In this document: one piece after another, positions 11,506 through 23,499 of the stretch
Numbering within the stretch: position 1 is the stretch's first letter
Layout of the letters: each line of letters starts with the position of its first letter
Assembly: GCA_950097015.1 (NCBI GenBank)
Contig: CATNEN010000002.1
Location: 3,162,001 to 3,226,000 of the forward strand
Direction: 5' to 3'
DNA from: Macrostomum hystrix
Lineage: Eukaryota; Animalia; Platyhelminthes
DNA length: 64,000 bases
Notes under the pieces: model-generated
What the model was told of the DNA's origin: nothing
Database searches by the model: none
The model's input: only the letters and a program-made list of their open reading frames with translations
Made by a program: the position numbers and the translations under genes

Positions 11506-12189
11506 GATTGCACACACAGAGCTTACAATAGACTGTACAAAGATTTTGGTTGGAGCTGAAGTTTATAAAAATTGAATTCTCATTTTGTTATTAAAAGTAC
11601 ACTAAACTGGTTTTACAAATAACTGCTTGGTAATTTAAATTACCACATATTTGATCCATAAAAAATACAAAATTTAAGTACTCAAGTATTAAAAACTATT
11701 TTGTTATTTTCTGATGTTACAGAGTGCATTATTCACAAACACAATATATGCTTTGCCTAGGATATGCTTAAGAGCAATGTACCTGCTTCTTCCAACTAAC
11801 TCAAAAGTATAAATACCCACTATTTTTTCACTATTAGACTAAACCATTTAAGACCCTTGAGTTCAAAATAGATTTTTAAAATACCAAATTGCCAAATATT
11901 CATATATTATATACTCGTACATTCTGACGGACTATTCATCCTACAATTTTTAAAGACATAAAGGCCTTATAGATAGAGATCATTCTGTTTAATTGACTAT
12001 GAAACCTATGAAATCTTAGCTGGCTATGCAACTTAGCCTAGTTTTAATAAGAAAAGGTGACTTAATTGGTGTAGGCTTTTTGGCAATGTTCTACTTCCAT
12101 TCGTTATATAATTTTTTTGCAAATGACAGATAACGACAAAAAGCAAGTTTAATGGTAACAAAATGTTAGCAGTTTGGTCACACAGTTCT

Positions 12190-12365
12190 GAAAAGTCTTG
12201 GTCAGTCTTTCTTCTTTCAAACCGGACGTAATAGTGCCTAATCCAGTAGAGGAGGGCACCAAAGCTATTCTTGGGGTATAGACAACGCCATAAGAATTCT
12301 TCGAGGTGGCTTTCGAATAGTTCAATAGAGCAGCACTCGTGCCATGCATTTGACACAGCTTGGCC
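12190..12365 (-). mobile_element. Merlin/ISXO2-like transposase C-terminal remnant (frameshifted)
   Basis: Two frames join as KLCQMHGTSAAL + FESHLEEFLWR, resembling the Merlin C-terminal HGTSxxLxxSYLxEFMWR motif. The shift coincides with a short duplication (ctattgaa ctattcgaa). Confidence 0.55.
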
Positions 12366-13143
12366 ATCGTGAAATCTTCAGCTGCAGAATTTCTGTGCTT
12401 AAGCTTCCTGTTCCCCCATATTTGCCAGATTTTGCCATAGACATAGATCCAAGTGTCAAGTCACGGCAAAGCCACGTCAGCACAACTTTTTTAAACTCAG
12501 AATACACGTGTGGCAAGAATACAAACAAAAAAATAATATAACGAATGGAAGTAGAACATTGCCGGCTTTTTTATTAGGATAGGCCTACTCAATTTTGTAA
12601 TTTAGTAGTTATAGTAGTTAGTAGTTAATAGTAGTTATAAGTAAGTTTTAAGTAATGTTAACATTAAAATATTTTTTCATAGAACATATAAATTTCTAAT
12701 AAGCCAAATAGATAGGCCTACTAATATACTTTTTTGCTTTTCCAACATTATTTTGAATTTTTTAGCTAAACTTAAAAAAATGAGACTTTTTTCTTTATAC
12801 TACTGTGCTTCTTTCTTTGTTATTGTTGCCACTTAGTTTTTTGCTAAGCTGAGAAGTTCTTCACTGACTTGTCAGTTGTTTGTCTTAATCTCTTTTATAT
12901 TCTGTCATTTATTCTTTCATTTTTATGTACAACATTCCTTCTCATTTCTTCTCACTTTTTCTGTCTTTAGTACCCTTTTTGCCATTTGCCTAGGTTGGTT
13001 TCCTCTATCTTAACAACTTTAGGGGCCTACCTTGCTTAAATCTTAATCTTGTTCTAGGGCCTACCCAATGGATTCTATACTTTCAGTACCAGAACGAGTA
13101 TCAGAACCAGTACCAGAAAAACTAGGCCCCCTATGTTATAAAC

Positions 13144-13842
13144 AGATCCTAGTCACTTCGTCATACACTTTTTCATCAAATGACGTTTCGCCAAAATATG
13201 ATTGCCCTTGGTCAGTTCTTCAAATACTAGGCATGAAGGCACTGCCAAACATTAGTCACTTCCTCATCTGCGAATCGGTTCACTCCTCATATTTAGTCAC
13301 TTCGTCATCTGCAAATCAGCTATAGGGCCGTAAAATAGTAAAATAAAAGTAAAAGTAAAATAATGAGATTAAAAAGAAAAGTAAAACATTTTAAAACTGT
13401 ATGTAATTGCGCATTGTCAGATTGTAGCTCGGCGTGTAAATTAACCAGCACTGGATCGCCTACAATATTGCGTGATCAAAAAGTCTCAAACTTAAGCATC
13501 GATGCACATTGGCAATGTACGCACTAAATAGGGTGCCTAAATATTAAGTACGCAGATACGCAAAGTATGTACATCATAAATATGTACATCTCCCCTTGCA
13601 AGTGGCACTGAAAAACTTACATTTATATGCGCTTACACAAACACTTACAGGAACAAACTATAGGCCCTACTCATTACATGCACAATTCTCAGATCAGTAT
13701 AATCTAAGTCACTTCGTCATCTGCAAATTGATTAACCGTTGGACCTTGGTCACTTCGTCATCGGTCAACAGCGCACCTATTTAAATTGGTCAGTTCGTCA
13801 TCCAATATGACGATATGGTAGTTGACGAAGTGACTAGCACCC
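13144..13842. mobile_element. Non-autonomous DNA transposon (MULE-like MITE), about 700 bp
   Basis: Inverted ends ctagtcacttcgtca (13149-13163 and 13823-13837); flanking direct repeat gttataaac (13135-13143 and 13843-13851); internal subterminal gtcacttcgtcatc copies at about 13255, 13295, 13708, 13749 and 13790. Confidence 0.75.
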
Positions 13843-15008
13843 GTTATAAACATTGACAAGCAACTGATAAAGAGACCAGTAACTTATGACATAAGTAGGC
13901 CTATATATGGGCAAGAAAATATTATAGGCTTAATTGGGAATAAAATTAATAAATATCGACGTCCTTGCGCACATTGATACTACAATATCATCGATAGTGA
14001 AATCGGTATTCTATTTTAAATTGGTACTAAAGTCAAATTTGTTGTGCCTGCCCAAATTATTCTAAATCGCCTCGGATAAACTGTGTTTTTCGTACCGATG
14101 TTTTGTATCAAGAAGTAATCTAATTATTTGTTTAAAGGAGGCTTGTTTGTTGTTAAAACGAATTCCCCGACGGACTGGAGCGCGGATCAGTTCCTAGGAA
14201 CTCTACCGCTGAATTTTTTAAATTTAACCGAAATTTATAATATATATACACGCAATTCGATTTAGATTATTTTATACGAATATTGAACATAAAAAGAAAA
14301 CAATAATTTAATATTTGGCAATATTTTGGCATGCATTGGGAGATAAAAATTAGGGACAATATACAGGGGAATCCCGCACAAAGAAGGGATCTAATAAAAA
14401 GGGAAATCTAAAAAGCAAGCATGCAGGAATATTTGTAGCGCACTTAAAAGCTATTAGAAAGCAATTGCTTTAACAAGAAATTTGTTAAAGCAATATAGAA
14501 AAAATAGTAAATTTAAACATGAAATGCGGACTTAAAAAACATTTCTAGGCAAAAGGAGGCTTGTTTAGTTCGATATAAAGAAGCATCAGAGACAACCGGT
14601 TTGGCTGGCGTGCACCTATTTGTTTTACTTACTTATCATGCATGCTCTACTCATGTGAATGCCTAATGTTTACTTCAATGTCTACTATAACATTGAAGTT
14701 CCAACTCCATAACCCAAACTTGCTACTTTTAATATTATTAACAAACAAGTAATATGTACCATTCATAACTCCATAATTAAATATATCAATGTAGCGTAAG
14801 AGCTTCGGCTGATGCGCGGGGAGCAGGGCGTTAAAAACCCAGTGTTTTACCCCAAACTTATTAACAACAACAACCGGTTTGGCTGGCGCGCGTAACTGGA
14901 TCCTAGTCGCTAGTACTGATTAGAACAGTAAAAGGTTTGGGCGATCTTTCGGTTTCCCGCCCTAAATTATTTTAACGATTTTTTCAAAACGTTTCAGCTA
15001 CTGCCAGT

Positions 15009-15225
15009 ATGGCTGGGCGACCTCCTGCACCACAGACCGTTGTCCCAGCCGCCGAAGTCCTCAACAGCATGGTTCTGTGTGACATTGATGTCAATCATCG
15101 AGGACTGGTTGCATTGGTGCCCAATGTTGACGAGGCGATGCGTTGGATTGCGAGGCACCACCTGTTCGCCAATAGCAGGAATTGCGAGACCTGTGACATT
15201 GCTATGTCACTTCAGCGAAGTCTCG
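15009..15225 (+). mobile_element. Merlin/ISXO2-like transposase N-terminal remnant (zinc-ribbon)
   Basis: VPNVDEAMRWIARHHLFANSRNCETCDIAMSL resembles the N-terminal CxxC segment of eukaryotic Merlin transposases; truncated after it. Confidence 0.5.
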
Positions 15226-16266
15226 GCGAGCTTTCCCTAAACGTCACTTTGGCAACATCCTATAATGGATCACCCACTATACTATCCTGTCTAAATATTT
15301 AGTGCGCTTGCTAGTAGCGTTAGTCTACTAGACGCCCTGAATAAGTATTATTTAACTAATTGTCGGGATCAGCGCGTGCGCTGGCAAAGCCTCATTAGCA
15401 TTATCAAGTGAATTAAATGAATTAGTACTTCCAGCTTAGGAGTGCAGCAGCCTTCCGAACATCCTTTTAAATGGCGACCACCCAGACATGAAAATATTAC
15501 ACACAGCAAAAGAAAAAATCCTTATTTTTTTACAAAAAGTTTTCTAATAAAATTTCTCCAAAAAATAAAACAAATTTGCACATCCAAGTAGGTAAAGTAG
15601 GTAAAGGAATACAGAAAGATATTAATTAACAAACACAACTCACTTGTATTATTAGTTTATATAATCTTCGTAAACTTCAGCAAGCGAAGCTAAAAGTATA
15701 TATACAAATTTTTTGCTTCGCAAGCTTGTATCGTCATATGATTCATATACTTAATTAATGAATTGAAAGCAAATATCTAGAAGTAAACTTTATCTGTGAA
15801 TACGGCTGTAAAATTTCGAAGTTGCAGACCCTGCATGGAGTCCCCCCACTTTGAGATATCCGATTTTAAAAATACTTTTCTGTCACCCGCTGAATCTGGT
15901 GGTCAGTTGAAGCTGAAAACTCAGATCGATGGCTGCGGCCGCGCTCCAGAGCTCATGACGTACCAACCTTCACCGGTTGCTACGAGTACAACTACAGGTG
16001 CAGCGGGGCTAATAGACTAAAGGGAAAGTAGAAAGTCATCTGTGCGATCGAAACTAAAACGAAAAAAAATATGCTAAGGGCGACGAAGGAAAGAAGAGTT
16101 CAAGAAAAAATCTGACGAGAGAAACAAAAAGCTTTGAAGTTTTTTTAAGAAGAGAAAAACTGGGAAACAGAAAAAGGTAGCACTAGGAAAGAAAAAAACT
16201 GCAGAAAAACTGTGAAACGCGTACTGATTCTCTGTCCTAGCAATATGGCTTAGGTTCAACCCTAGA

Positions 16267-16437
16267 CTCGATCTGTTCAAGACGCCAATGCTTCAGACCA
16301 GAATTAAGAAATCTGCTTATGTTGACATTCATCCTGCAAACTCTATTGTTGCAACCTCACCAATTGAATTTGACTGCCATCAATCAGCTGATGAGTACAC
16401 TGACCTGCTAAATTCTTTTCTCTATATTCGTTGTCGC
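16267..16437 (+). mobile_element. Polinton/Maverick major capsid protein N-terminal fragment
   Basis: LDLFKTPMLQTRIKKSAYVDIHPANSIVATSPIEFDCHQSADEYTDLLNSFLYIRCR matches the recalled Polinton MCP pattern LDLF..P.TQT.I....VE..P......PIEF......EY.DL..T.L. Confidence 0.65.
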
Positions 16438-19400
16438 GGCGCGGCGTCCAGGACATCAGGTGCGGCTTCTGCAGCGGCGGAGGCTGCGACAAAGGCGACT
16501 GGCGCATCAGGGGCGGCGGCAGAGGAGGTATCAGAGATTTCAGTGCAGACCCCTCGAATAATCTGGCTAGCGTGCTCACCGGCGGGCGCATTCGCTCAGA
16601 CTCTTCGAGCTTCGTCGTGCTGAGCAGCTTCGAGGGCAGCAGGTCGGGATGCATCCATGTCGATTGGGGCGCTTGACTTAGCGGCAGGGAGCCTCCATGA
16701 CGGACGCAGCGAGGAGGCGGCCAATGCCGCCCATATCGCTAAACCCCTGGCAGCCGGACGGCCTCCAGCAAGGCGCACCAAATCGATCACTAAATGTTTC
16801 TAGGATTTTAAATCTGTGCTCGAGCGTTGAAAACTTCGACTGATTGGCACTGCAAGCAAGCCAGCGACTAACTTGGCATGAGTCTCTTGACTTTGTGCCT
16901 CCGCCCAGCTCGCACAGGCCGCAGTCGATGCCATCTTCGAACACCTTGAACATGTAGGACGGGCAGAGCGATTTGTTTTTTGCAGACATGGCGGCTCCAG
17001 CAGGATTTCCAACAGCTCATAATGCTAGCTCGTACTTGTCTAAGTAGAGTATTGGGCAGTTTCGCAAATATGATTCTTGCAATTTGATTGCACAATAATA
17101 TTACAATTTGTTAAATTTCCATACGCTCGCTATGCTACTTGTGCAAGTAGACTAGTTGACAGTTTTCAGTTATTATCCTGTGCATGTTTTCAAAACATTG
17201 ATTTCTCGCGCATTTAAAATTGCAATTTTTGCACAATTAAATTGCAATTAAATTGGCGTTCTGGCGTATTTTTTCCCCTGTTTTTACACGCAATTTTGCA
17301 CAATTTTCCGCAACTCGTGTCGTCACGTGTCCCTGCATCCCTATTCATCCCCATCCCTATGCAAAAGCCCTCTCACCGTTCTAATCCTTGAGAATACCTC
17401 GCATCAGTCCCTATTTTCGTCCACGGATGTTGTGGGTGGGCCAAAAGTACATTCTCCTTTTTAGATCCGAAGCCCCGTTTCGTCAGGGCCAGTCGGTTGT
17501 GCTGTCACACCCAAAGCTACCAATGCAAGTACATCAGAGGGGGTAGTTGCGGAGTGATGAGGTGAGGCTCTCTTATATTTCTAGCTATATTTCTAGGAAT
17601 CGTATCACGCATAGTGAAGTAGTTTTAATTCTTCACAGGCAAGAAGCGGAACCAGGAAATAGAAAATTATTTTTTAATCAATCTAGCAGCTATTTATTTA
17701 AAGTGTGTCAACACTAGTTTAAAGACGATCGATGCATGATAACACTTTTTTTATTGATCGATAAAAACAAGAAAAATAGTCGACGGTTTAAAAGTTAAAC
17801 TTTGTTTATACATGCATGTATAGCTTGATGTCAATTGTGTATTATTTGATATTTATACTCAGTTACAAAGTGGAAATGCATGCATAAAACATTTGTATTC
17901 ACCCAACAATTACATTTATATACTGAAGAATTCTGTCAAGTACACTACAAAGTTTGGTTATAACAAAAAGCTGTACTTCCAATATAAAGGTTTGGAGTTC
18001 CATCAGAAAAATCAAGTTACCTACACAAACTTTTGCCACAATCTTGAGGGCTGATATTAAATTTTTGTTTCTTTTCACAAAGTTGCTGAAACTTTTTAAA
18101 CTGATGAATAGTTGCGAGTTTTTCGTCATCCAGATACACAACATTTTACATAAATGTGCAGTTTAAAGTGACTCTTGCGGGTTGTGCAAAATTTAAAGTC
18201 AGTAATATATACTCGTACTATTCATACCATGCATGTTCGATAACCGTGTGCAGAGTTGTGCAATAAGCAGCTACTCAAATAGTGTTCATACATTAAATTG
18301 CACGTAAAAATTTAGCAACATCATTAATAAACAGAGGAAATATGTTGTGCAGTTAATTCCACAAAGGCTTCGCGTAAATTTAAATACACACGGCACAACT
18401 TTTTTAACCGAGACCTGTGCACATCGTGCTACGGACTATAAAAACAGCGTGGTATGTGCTTCGCACATAAGTATATAAGCACTTATTCGTACATTAGTAT
18501 TTTTTAATTTGCATTGCTCTTTGAGTCTAGTCTAGTTTCTAGAATCGGAATACTCGTGTTTTAAACTCTCCGACAAAAGTGCAAAATCTCTAATATTGGC
18601 AAAACTCAATCAGGACTGCTCAATGAATTCCGTGAGACCTCCAGATTCAGCTTTATGACAATCAAAGCTTAATTTTTAATGTGAAAATGCAGCACTGCGC
18701 TCGTATAGCCAAAACACAAATTCAAAAGGGATTAGCAATCCTTCCAGAATATTGAGTAGACAGGACTGGAACTTGCGCCTTCAGGAGTCGATTTTGACTT
18801 CGACAACTGTGACGTTTTTACTAATCTATCTGTTTCGAGACTAAAGTGAATTTTCAGTTTCCTTACGTCCTTTTCAACTTAATCGCTAAAAGCGAAGATT
18901 GATTTGAAATGACGATGGCCCAGATGGCACAGCCGCAGTCTGTCTCCATTGGGCTAGATTCAAACTCCCGACCTGTCGGTTTGAAGTCCAGAGCACCTTC
19001 TATCTACTAGATTTCTAGGGCAACACCAAAGTTACGTACTTTTATTGTTACGTACGCAAAGTAGGTACTTATTGTAGTTAGTTTTTATTTTGTTCCAGTC
19101 TTAGCTACTTATCATTTTGTGAAAAATTGCAGAAGGAAAAATAATACAAAGAATGCAAGCTAATACAAATGGTCCACTTTGGAGTGCACGCTGCTGCGCT
19201 GCCGCTGGGTTCGTGCGATAAATAATGCAATAAAAAGGAAGATTAAATCCATCAGGATTAATAGAAGACCTTACAGTATCAGCCATCCACTACGTAAGGC
19301 TTGGCTTAGCATGGCATCCTGCGATGGTTTCAATGAGGACAATTTTTACTGCAAACAGCTGACTATCGTAATACGAAAGTTCATACTAGTAAATTCAGTA

Positions 19401-19577
19401 TTAGACAGCGGAAGTTTGCGAACAGTAAACTATACTGAAATTTACAGATTTGCTGCTTCGCTTGATCGTCTAGCGCGAAAGCAATTTGAGCAGTACTCAA
19501 ACAAGAATAATAGCATGACATCTGGCCAGCTAAATATTTTCTCGCAACCGAAGCACCCCGGATGCAGCCAAAGCAAC

Positions 19578-21386
19578 TCACGCACTCGCAGCGGGCTGAG
19601 CGCCGCCGATTTCAGGGTGGTGATTTTCATCATCAGATTTTACAGTCGACCGCAGTGTCTGCATCTCATAGACGGACCGGGTTTTGTCGCAGTCGTTGGT
19701 GACGTCGTCCGGTTTCTGGCGACGTCTTCTCACACGCTGCAGCAGCATGCCGTTGTTGTAGGCAGCGCGAGACTGTGGTAGCAGAGTCCGCTTGAGCAGG
19801 TAGTACAGGCACTCGAGGACTTCTATAACGCAGGCGAATGTGATGCCCGTAAGCAGGTGAAAGATGCCGCCAACTTGCGAAATCATGCTCTCCTTCGTAG
19901 TCTTCAGCGCCATGCTCTTCTCACTGGCAGAGAAGTCGCTGCGGAAGATGTGCAACCTTATAAAGTTGTTCCGTATCGTGTCCTCTTGCATCAGCAGCTT
20001 GCGGCTCTTGACAGCATTCACTCGGGACAGGTTGTGAATATGATCGTACGCTTGGAACTTTTCTCGCAGCTTCGGAATGGGCTTAAGCATCTGCTGGTAG
20101 TACTCAACTTCTTTGTTCTTGGTCGGCCATAGAGACTGGGATGTCTGATACAGGTACTGACAGGTTTCGCAGCTGAACGCACAATCGTCCTGACTCATCG
20201 AGAAGCCGATGTCGAGCTCATCTGCACAGCGAAGCTGATGAAAAGTCATTTTTAACGTGCCGTTTTTGGAACCTTTCACTTTACCGCAGAAGTCATAATT
20301 GTGCAAGCTTGGCGGGTAGGGCTTCCTGGGGTCAATGCAGCCGCACTTTTCAACCGTTAAATGTTGCAGACGAAGATCTTTGCAAAACTTGCTGGTGTAA
20401 GCGAACTTAGTGCTTCCAATATCGGTGTAGGCCTCCATCTCGGCCTCCAGCAGATTGTGCTCGGTGCAAACCTGGCCGCCGTAATGGGGCAGAAATTTCA
20501 GCTTGGTTGGCGAAACGTCAATCATAGTTTTGGTTCCCGGCTCTATGTCGATGCCGATTTCCTCTGTGTAAGGCCACGACAGTGGGGTGTGGACGCACAC
20601 TCTCGCTCCAGTAGTATCGTCTTCGTTGTACGGCAAATGGCTGATGTTGAAGTTGTCAAATAGACCGGGAACGTTCAGATACAGGTCCATCTTCAGATCG
20701 GTCGTGTAGTTAATGATGTCTGGCGCTGGCGTCACCATGTAGCAGTTGAAGTACCTCGGCGTCTGAATCAGTCTGATGTCATTGAGCTCACAGGGTCGGA
20801 ATGAATCTTTGCCAGTGCTGGTGTTCAAGAAGGTGAAGTAGCACGAGTTTGGCAGGATGAGCGTTTCTAGAGTAAAGCCGAGTCGGTAGGAAAGATTGCG
20901 CCCCATGTTCTCAAAGAGGAAGTACCGGTCTTCCAATAAGCTCTCGCTTGAACTGTATTTCTGTCGAAGTTTTCCAAGATAGCGAAACAGTTTTGCTACT
21001 AGACTTGCGTTGAGGCTTTCGTAACGGTCTTTATCAACTGCCTGAGAGTTGCAAATGGTAACTGACGGGAAGGGCAGGTGATAATTCAGGTGTTCCCTGA
21101 GCTCCTGGATAGTATCGTAGCTAACGTAGCTTTGTATCACGTTCGCTGACAATACTATAGCGACAAAAAGACTCGTCACAATGAAAACAAACCAGAAAAT
21201 CTTCCATGCCAAGGAGCGACTCTTCAAAATGCGCGACAGGCCGCGAATAGACGAGAGCATGGCGAATCTGTGCAGCTCCTCCGATATCGACGTCGAAGCT
21301 GGCGTTTGCCGGATCTGCTCGTCGTTTCTTTGCGCTTCAGCCGTTGATAGCTGACCAGCAGACTTGGCCAGCTCATTCTGCCCCAT
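19578..21386 (-). CDS. Intronless DEG/ENaC (amiloride-sensitive sodium channel/ASIC family) subunit, 602 aa
   Basis: TM1 (WKIFWFVFIVTSLFVAIVL), post-TM1 FPSVTICN, FNCY, Cys-rich thumb (CTE..SKFC..CGCIDP..FC..C..C..CE) and TM2 (ISQVGGIFHLLTGITFACVIEVLE). Confidence 0.9.
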   Translation of the reverse strand: MGQNELAKSAGQLSTAEAQRNDEQIRQTPASTSISEELHRFAMLSSIRGLSRILKSRSLAWKIFWFVFIVTSLFVAIVLSANVIQSYVSYDTIQELREHLNYHLPFPSVTICNSQAVDKDRYESLNASLVAKLFRYLGKLRQKYSSSESLLEDRYFLFENMGRNLSYRLGFTLETLILPNSCYFTFLNTSTGKDSFRPCELNDIRLIQTPRYFNCYMVTPAPDIINYTTDLKMDLYLNVPGLFDNFNISHLPYNEDDTTGARVCVHTPLSWPYTEEIGIDIEPGTKTMIDVSPTKLKFLPHYGGQVCTEHNLLEAEMEAYTDIGSTKFAYTSKFCKDLRLQHLTVEKCGCIDPRKPYPPSLHNYDFCGKVKGSKNGTLKMTFHQLRCADELDIGFSMSQDDCAFSCETCQYLYQTSQSLWPTKNKEVEYYQQMLKPIPKLREKFQAYDHIHNLSRVNAVKSRKLLMQEDTIRNNFIRLHIFRSDFSASEKSMALKTTKESMISQVGGIFHLLTGITFACVIEVLECLYYLLKRTLLPQSRAAYNNGMLLQRVRRRRQKPDDVTNDCDKTRSVYEMQTLRSTVKSDDENHHPEIGGAQPAASA

Positions 21387-22544
21387 ATTAGCTTGCCCGC
21401 TCCCTCTCCAGCAAACCTCCCAGGAGAGGTTTGCTCACACTCCGCCTCCGAAAACCTCACACAGAGGCTGAGGCACTGCGGCTGCTGAATAAGTATATTA
21501 ATTAGACAGAGTTAGAATTTTTGTACAGGCTGGCTAGATTAACCTCCATCAATCGTCGGGCGAAAGTAGATTGCAGATGCCACCGTAAAGTAAAACAAGT
21601 TTAGTTTTCTAATCTATTTTCTTCTTTCTCTCTCGCTGACCCGCTCGGTCGAGCTTGGACTGTGTACGCTCGAGAACGTTGAGATGAACAGGCATAAAAG
21701 TCGGGGTGGATGCGAGCGGTGGCCTGGCCTTGAGAATCTGAAGATCATATGAACGGCGATGTGCTCCCGAGACAGATGGCGAGGCCGGGTACTAAATTCC
21801 TCAACAGCGACTTATCTTTGATCGCACTAGTAGCAGTCCAGTAGATCATTAGTCCCGGTCCATAATATAGCTCAGCTGAGAAACTCCAAATTGGTCAAAT
21901 AGAAAATTTTGACACAGCGATCGTTGCTTACAGCTTGCCAGACACGACGGCTGCGCGCAGACGACTGCAGTGAAGCCACGATGTGGGCGCTTGAATTAAG
22001 GCCATAGCAGGTTGCATGGGAGGCAGCCACACTGCGCATGAGGGGTCAGGGGAGAGAAGAGTCTCTGCGGGCAGCCTTTGGGAGATTGTATCCCGCGGCA
22101 AGTGCATTTCAGTCCCATGAACCCCCGGGCCTTCAATCCCGCCCAAACAGCACTCAATCCTCCTCTGCCCAGTACCCTCTCTCCCCAGCTCGCCCTCACA
22201 GCCACTCCGCAGCCAATGCGTGTCAGGGCTGAAGCGGGTGCACGCACGGATAGAGGAGCAAAGCGGGAAGAAAGGAACGCCCGGACCCCGTGTACTCGCG
22301 GGTACTCGCGTCTGTGCAAATGCGGCTGCGGCGGCTGGCGCTTTAAAGGGCCATAAAGAACTGGCTGCAAACAGGCGCGAGGCGGAAGTGGGTGGCGCGT
22401 GGTCTAAGCACCGACTGATGGCCACGCATGGACCGCTGTCAATGTCGCATTTGTGCACCTATCAACCCACCTCTGCAGATTCTGCAGCATCATCGCCAAT
22501 TCTGTTTAGTGTTTGGCAAAAGCTTTGATTGGCAAAAGCTATTC

Positions 22545-22665
22545 ACTCCATGGACTGGGGGGAAGTCTTCATTACCCCAGATCTCTGTTTTCTCCTGTGG
22601 ATTCGTGAATCGAACCCCTAACCTTGAAGGCGTGAGTCCTACGGTCGAACCACTGGGCTACAACC
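22545..22665 (-). mobile_element. SINE family 1, internally deleted copy
   Basis: Reverse complement has the A box TAGCCCAGTGG, B box GGTTCGATTC and the tail ccatggactg segment. Confidence 0.6.
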
Positions 22666-23499
22666 CCATTTCACTAATAAGTATAATAAACATTTCACTG
22701 TCTGGCAGTTTGAACTCTCACTGTGACTTGAGGGTAGGCCGACACGTGGGACCTAAAAGTCACAACAAGTCCTCAAGCCTTCTCTCCCAAAGTTAATGTG
22801 GCCTCGCAGCGGGTGGGACATTGCATGGTGCATGGCCGATTCGTCACTCCACCCCCAGGCAAATGTATTTTAAATTCACAAATGCCATGGCCATGTGCAC
22901 CTAAGCGAAGCGTAATTTATGTACCGGCTGCCTCTGCTCTTCATCTTACTGTGAGACTCATTCAGGATCACTAACTGTGATTTATGGCTGTCAAAAACTC
23001 TCTGCCCAGTGTTTGCCACTCAGCAGAAAGTGAAGCGCATATGATGAGTGGCAGTATATTACTGTTTGCGTTTAGACAAGCGCAACCTATGCAATGCCAC
23101 ACAACATTTAACTGGCATACCATGCCAGGGCTGCATTTGCCTAATTAATCAACTATTCATTTTGTAGGGAACTTTATCAATCATTTCTCTCTCTCTCTCT
23201 TTCTAGTCTCATCTTCTTCCCAACTCTCATTCTCCATCCTCCTGCCGCATGTCTTCATCTTTAGAGTTGAATGAGTATAGTCAAATGTCGGGCCGGAGTG
23301 CACCTATGTATGCACAATACACAAACGATTGAGTCACGAGACTTAGTATGATGTAGGTATAAGTAGCTTTATGCAATGATGCGCATTTAAATGTCAAGTT
23401 TTAGTGAAGAATATTTGTTAGTAAGAACAGCTTGTGCGCTTGCTCCAATCATAGAGCTGGGCTTCTGTTTTAGCCATGCCACATGCGCAATGGGGGAGG

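Noticed and set aside
12600-12650. (AGT)-rich tract as a Polinton terminus
   Set aside because: No matching inverted end or 6-bp TSD found; consistent with a simple low-complexity tract.
17400-17560. Hammerhead-like fragments (CTGACGA, GGACGAAA, CTGATG) on the minus strand
   Set aside because: Order and spacing do not allow stems I-III around the core; an Infernal search would be needed to overturn this.
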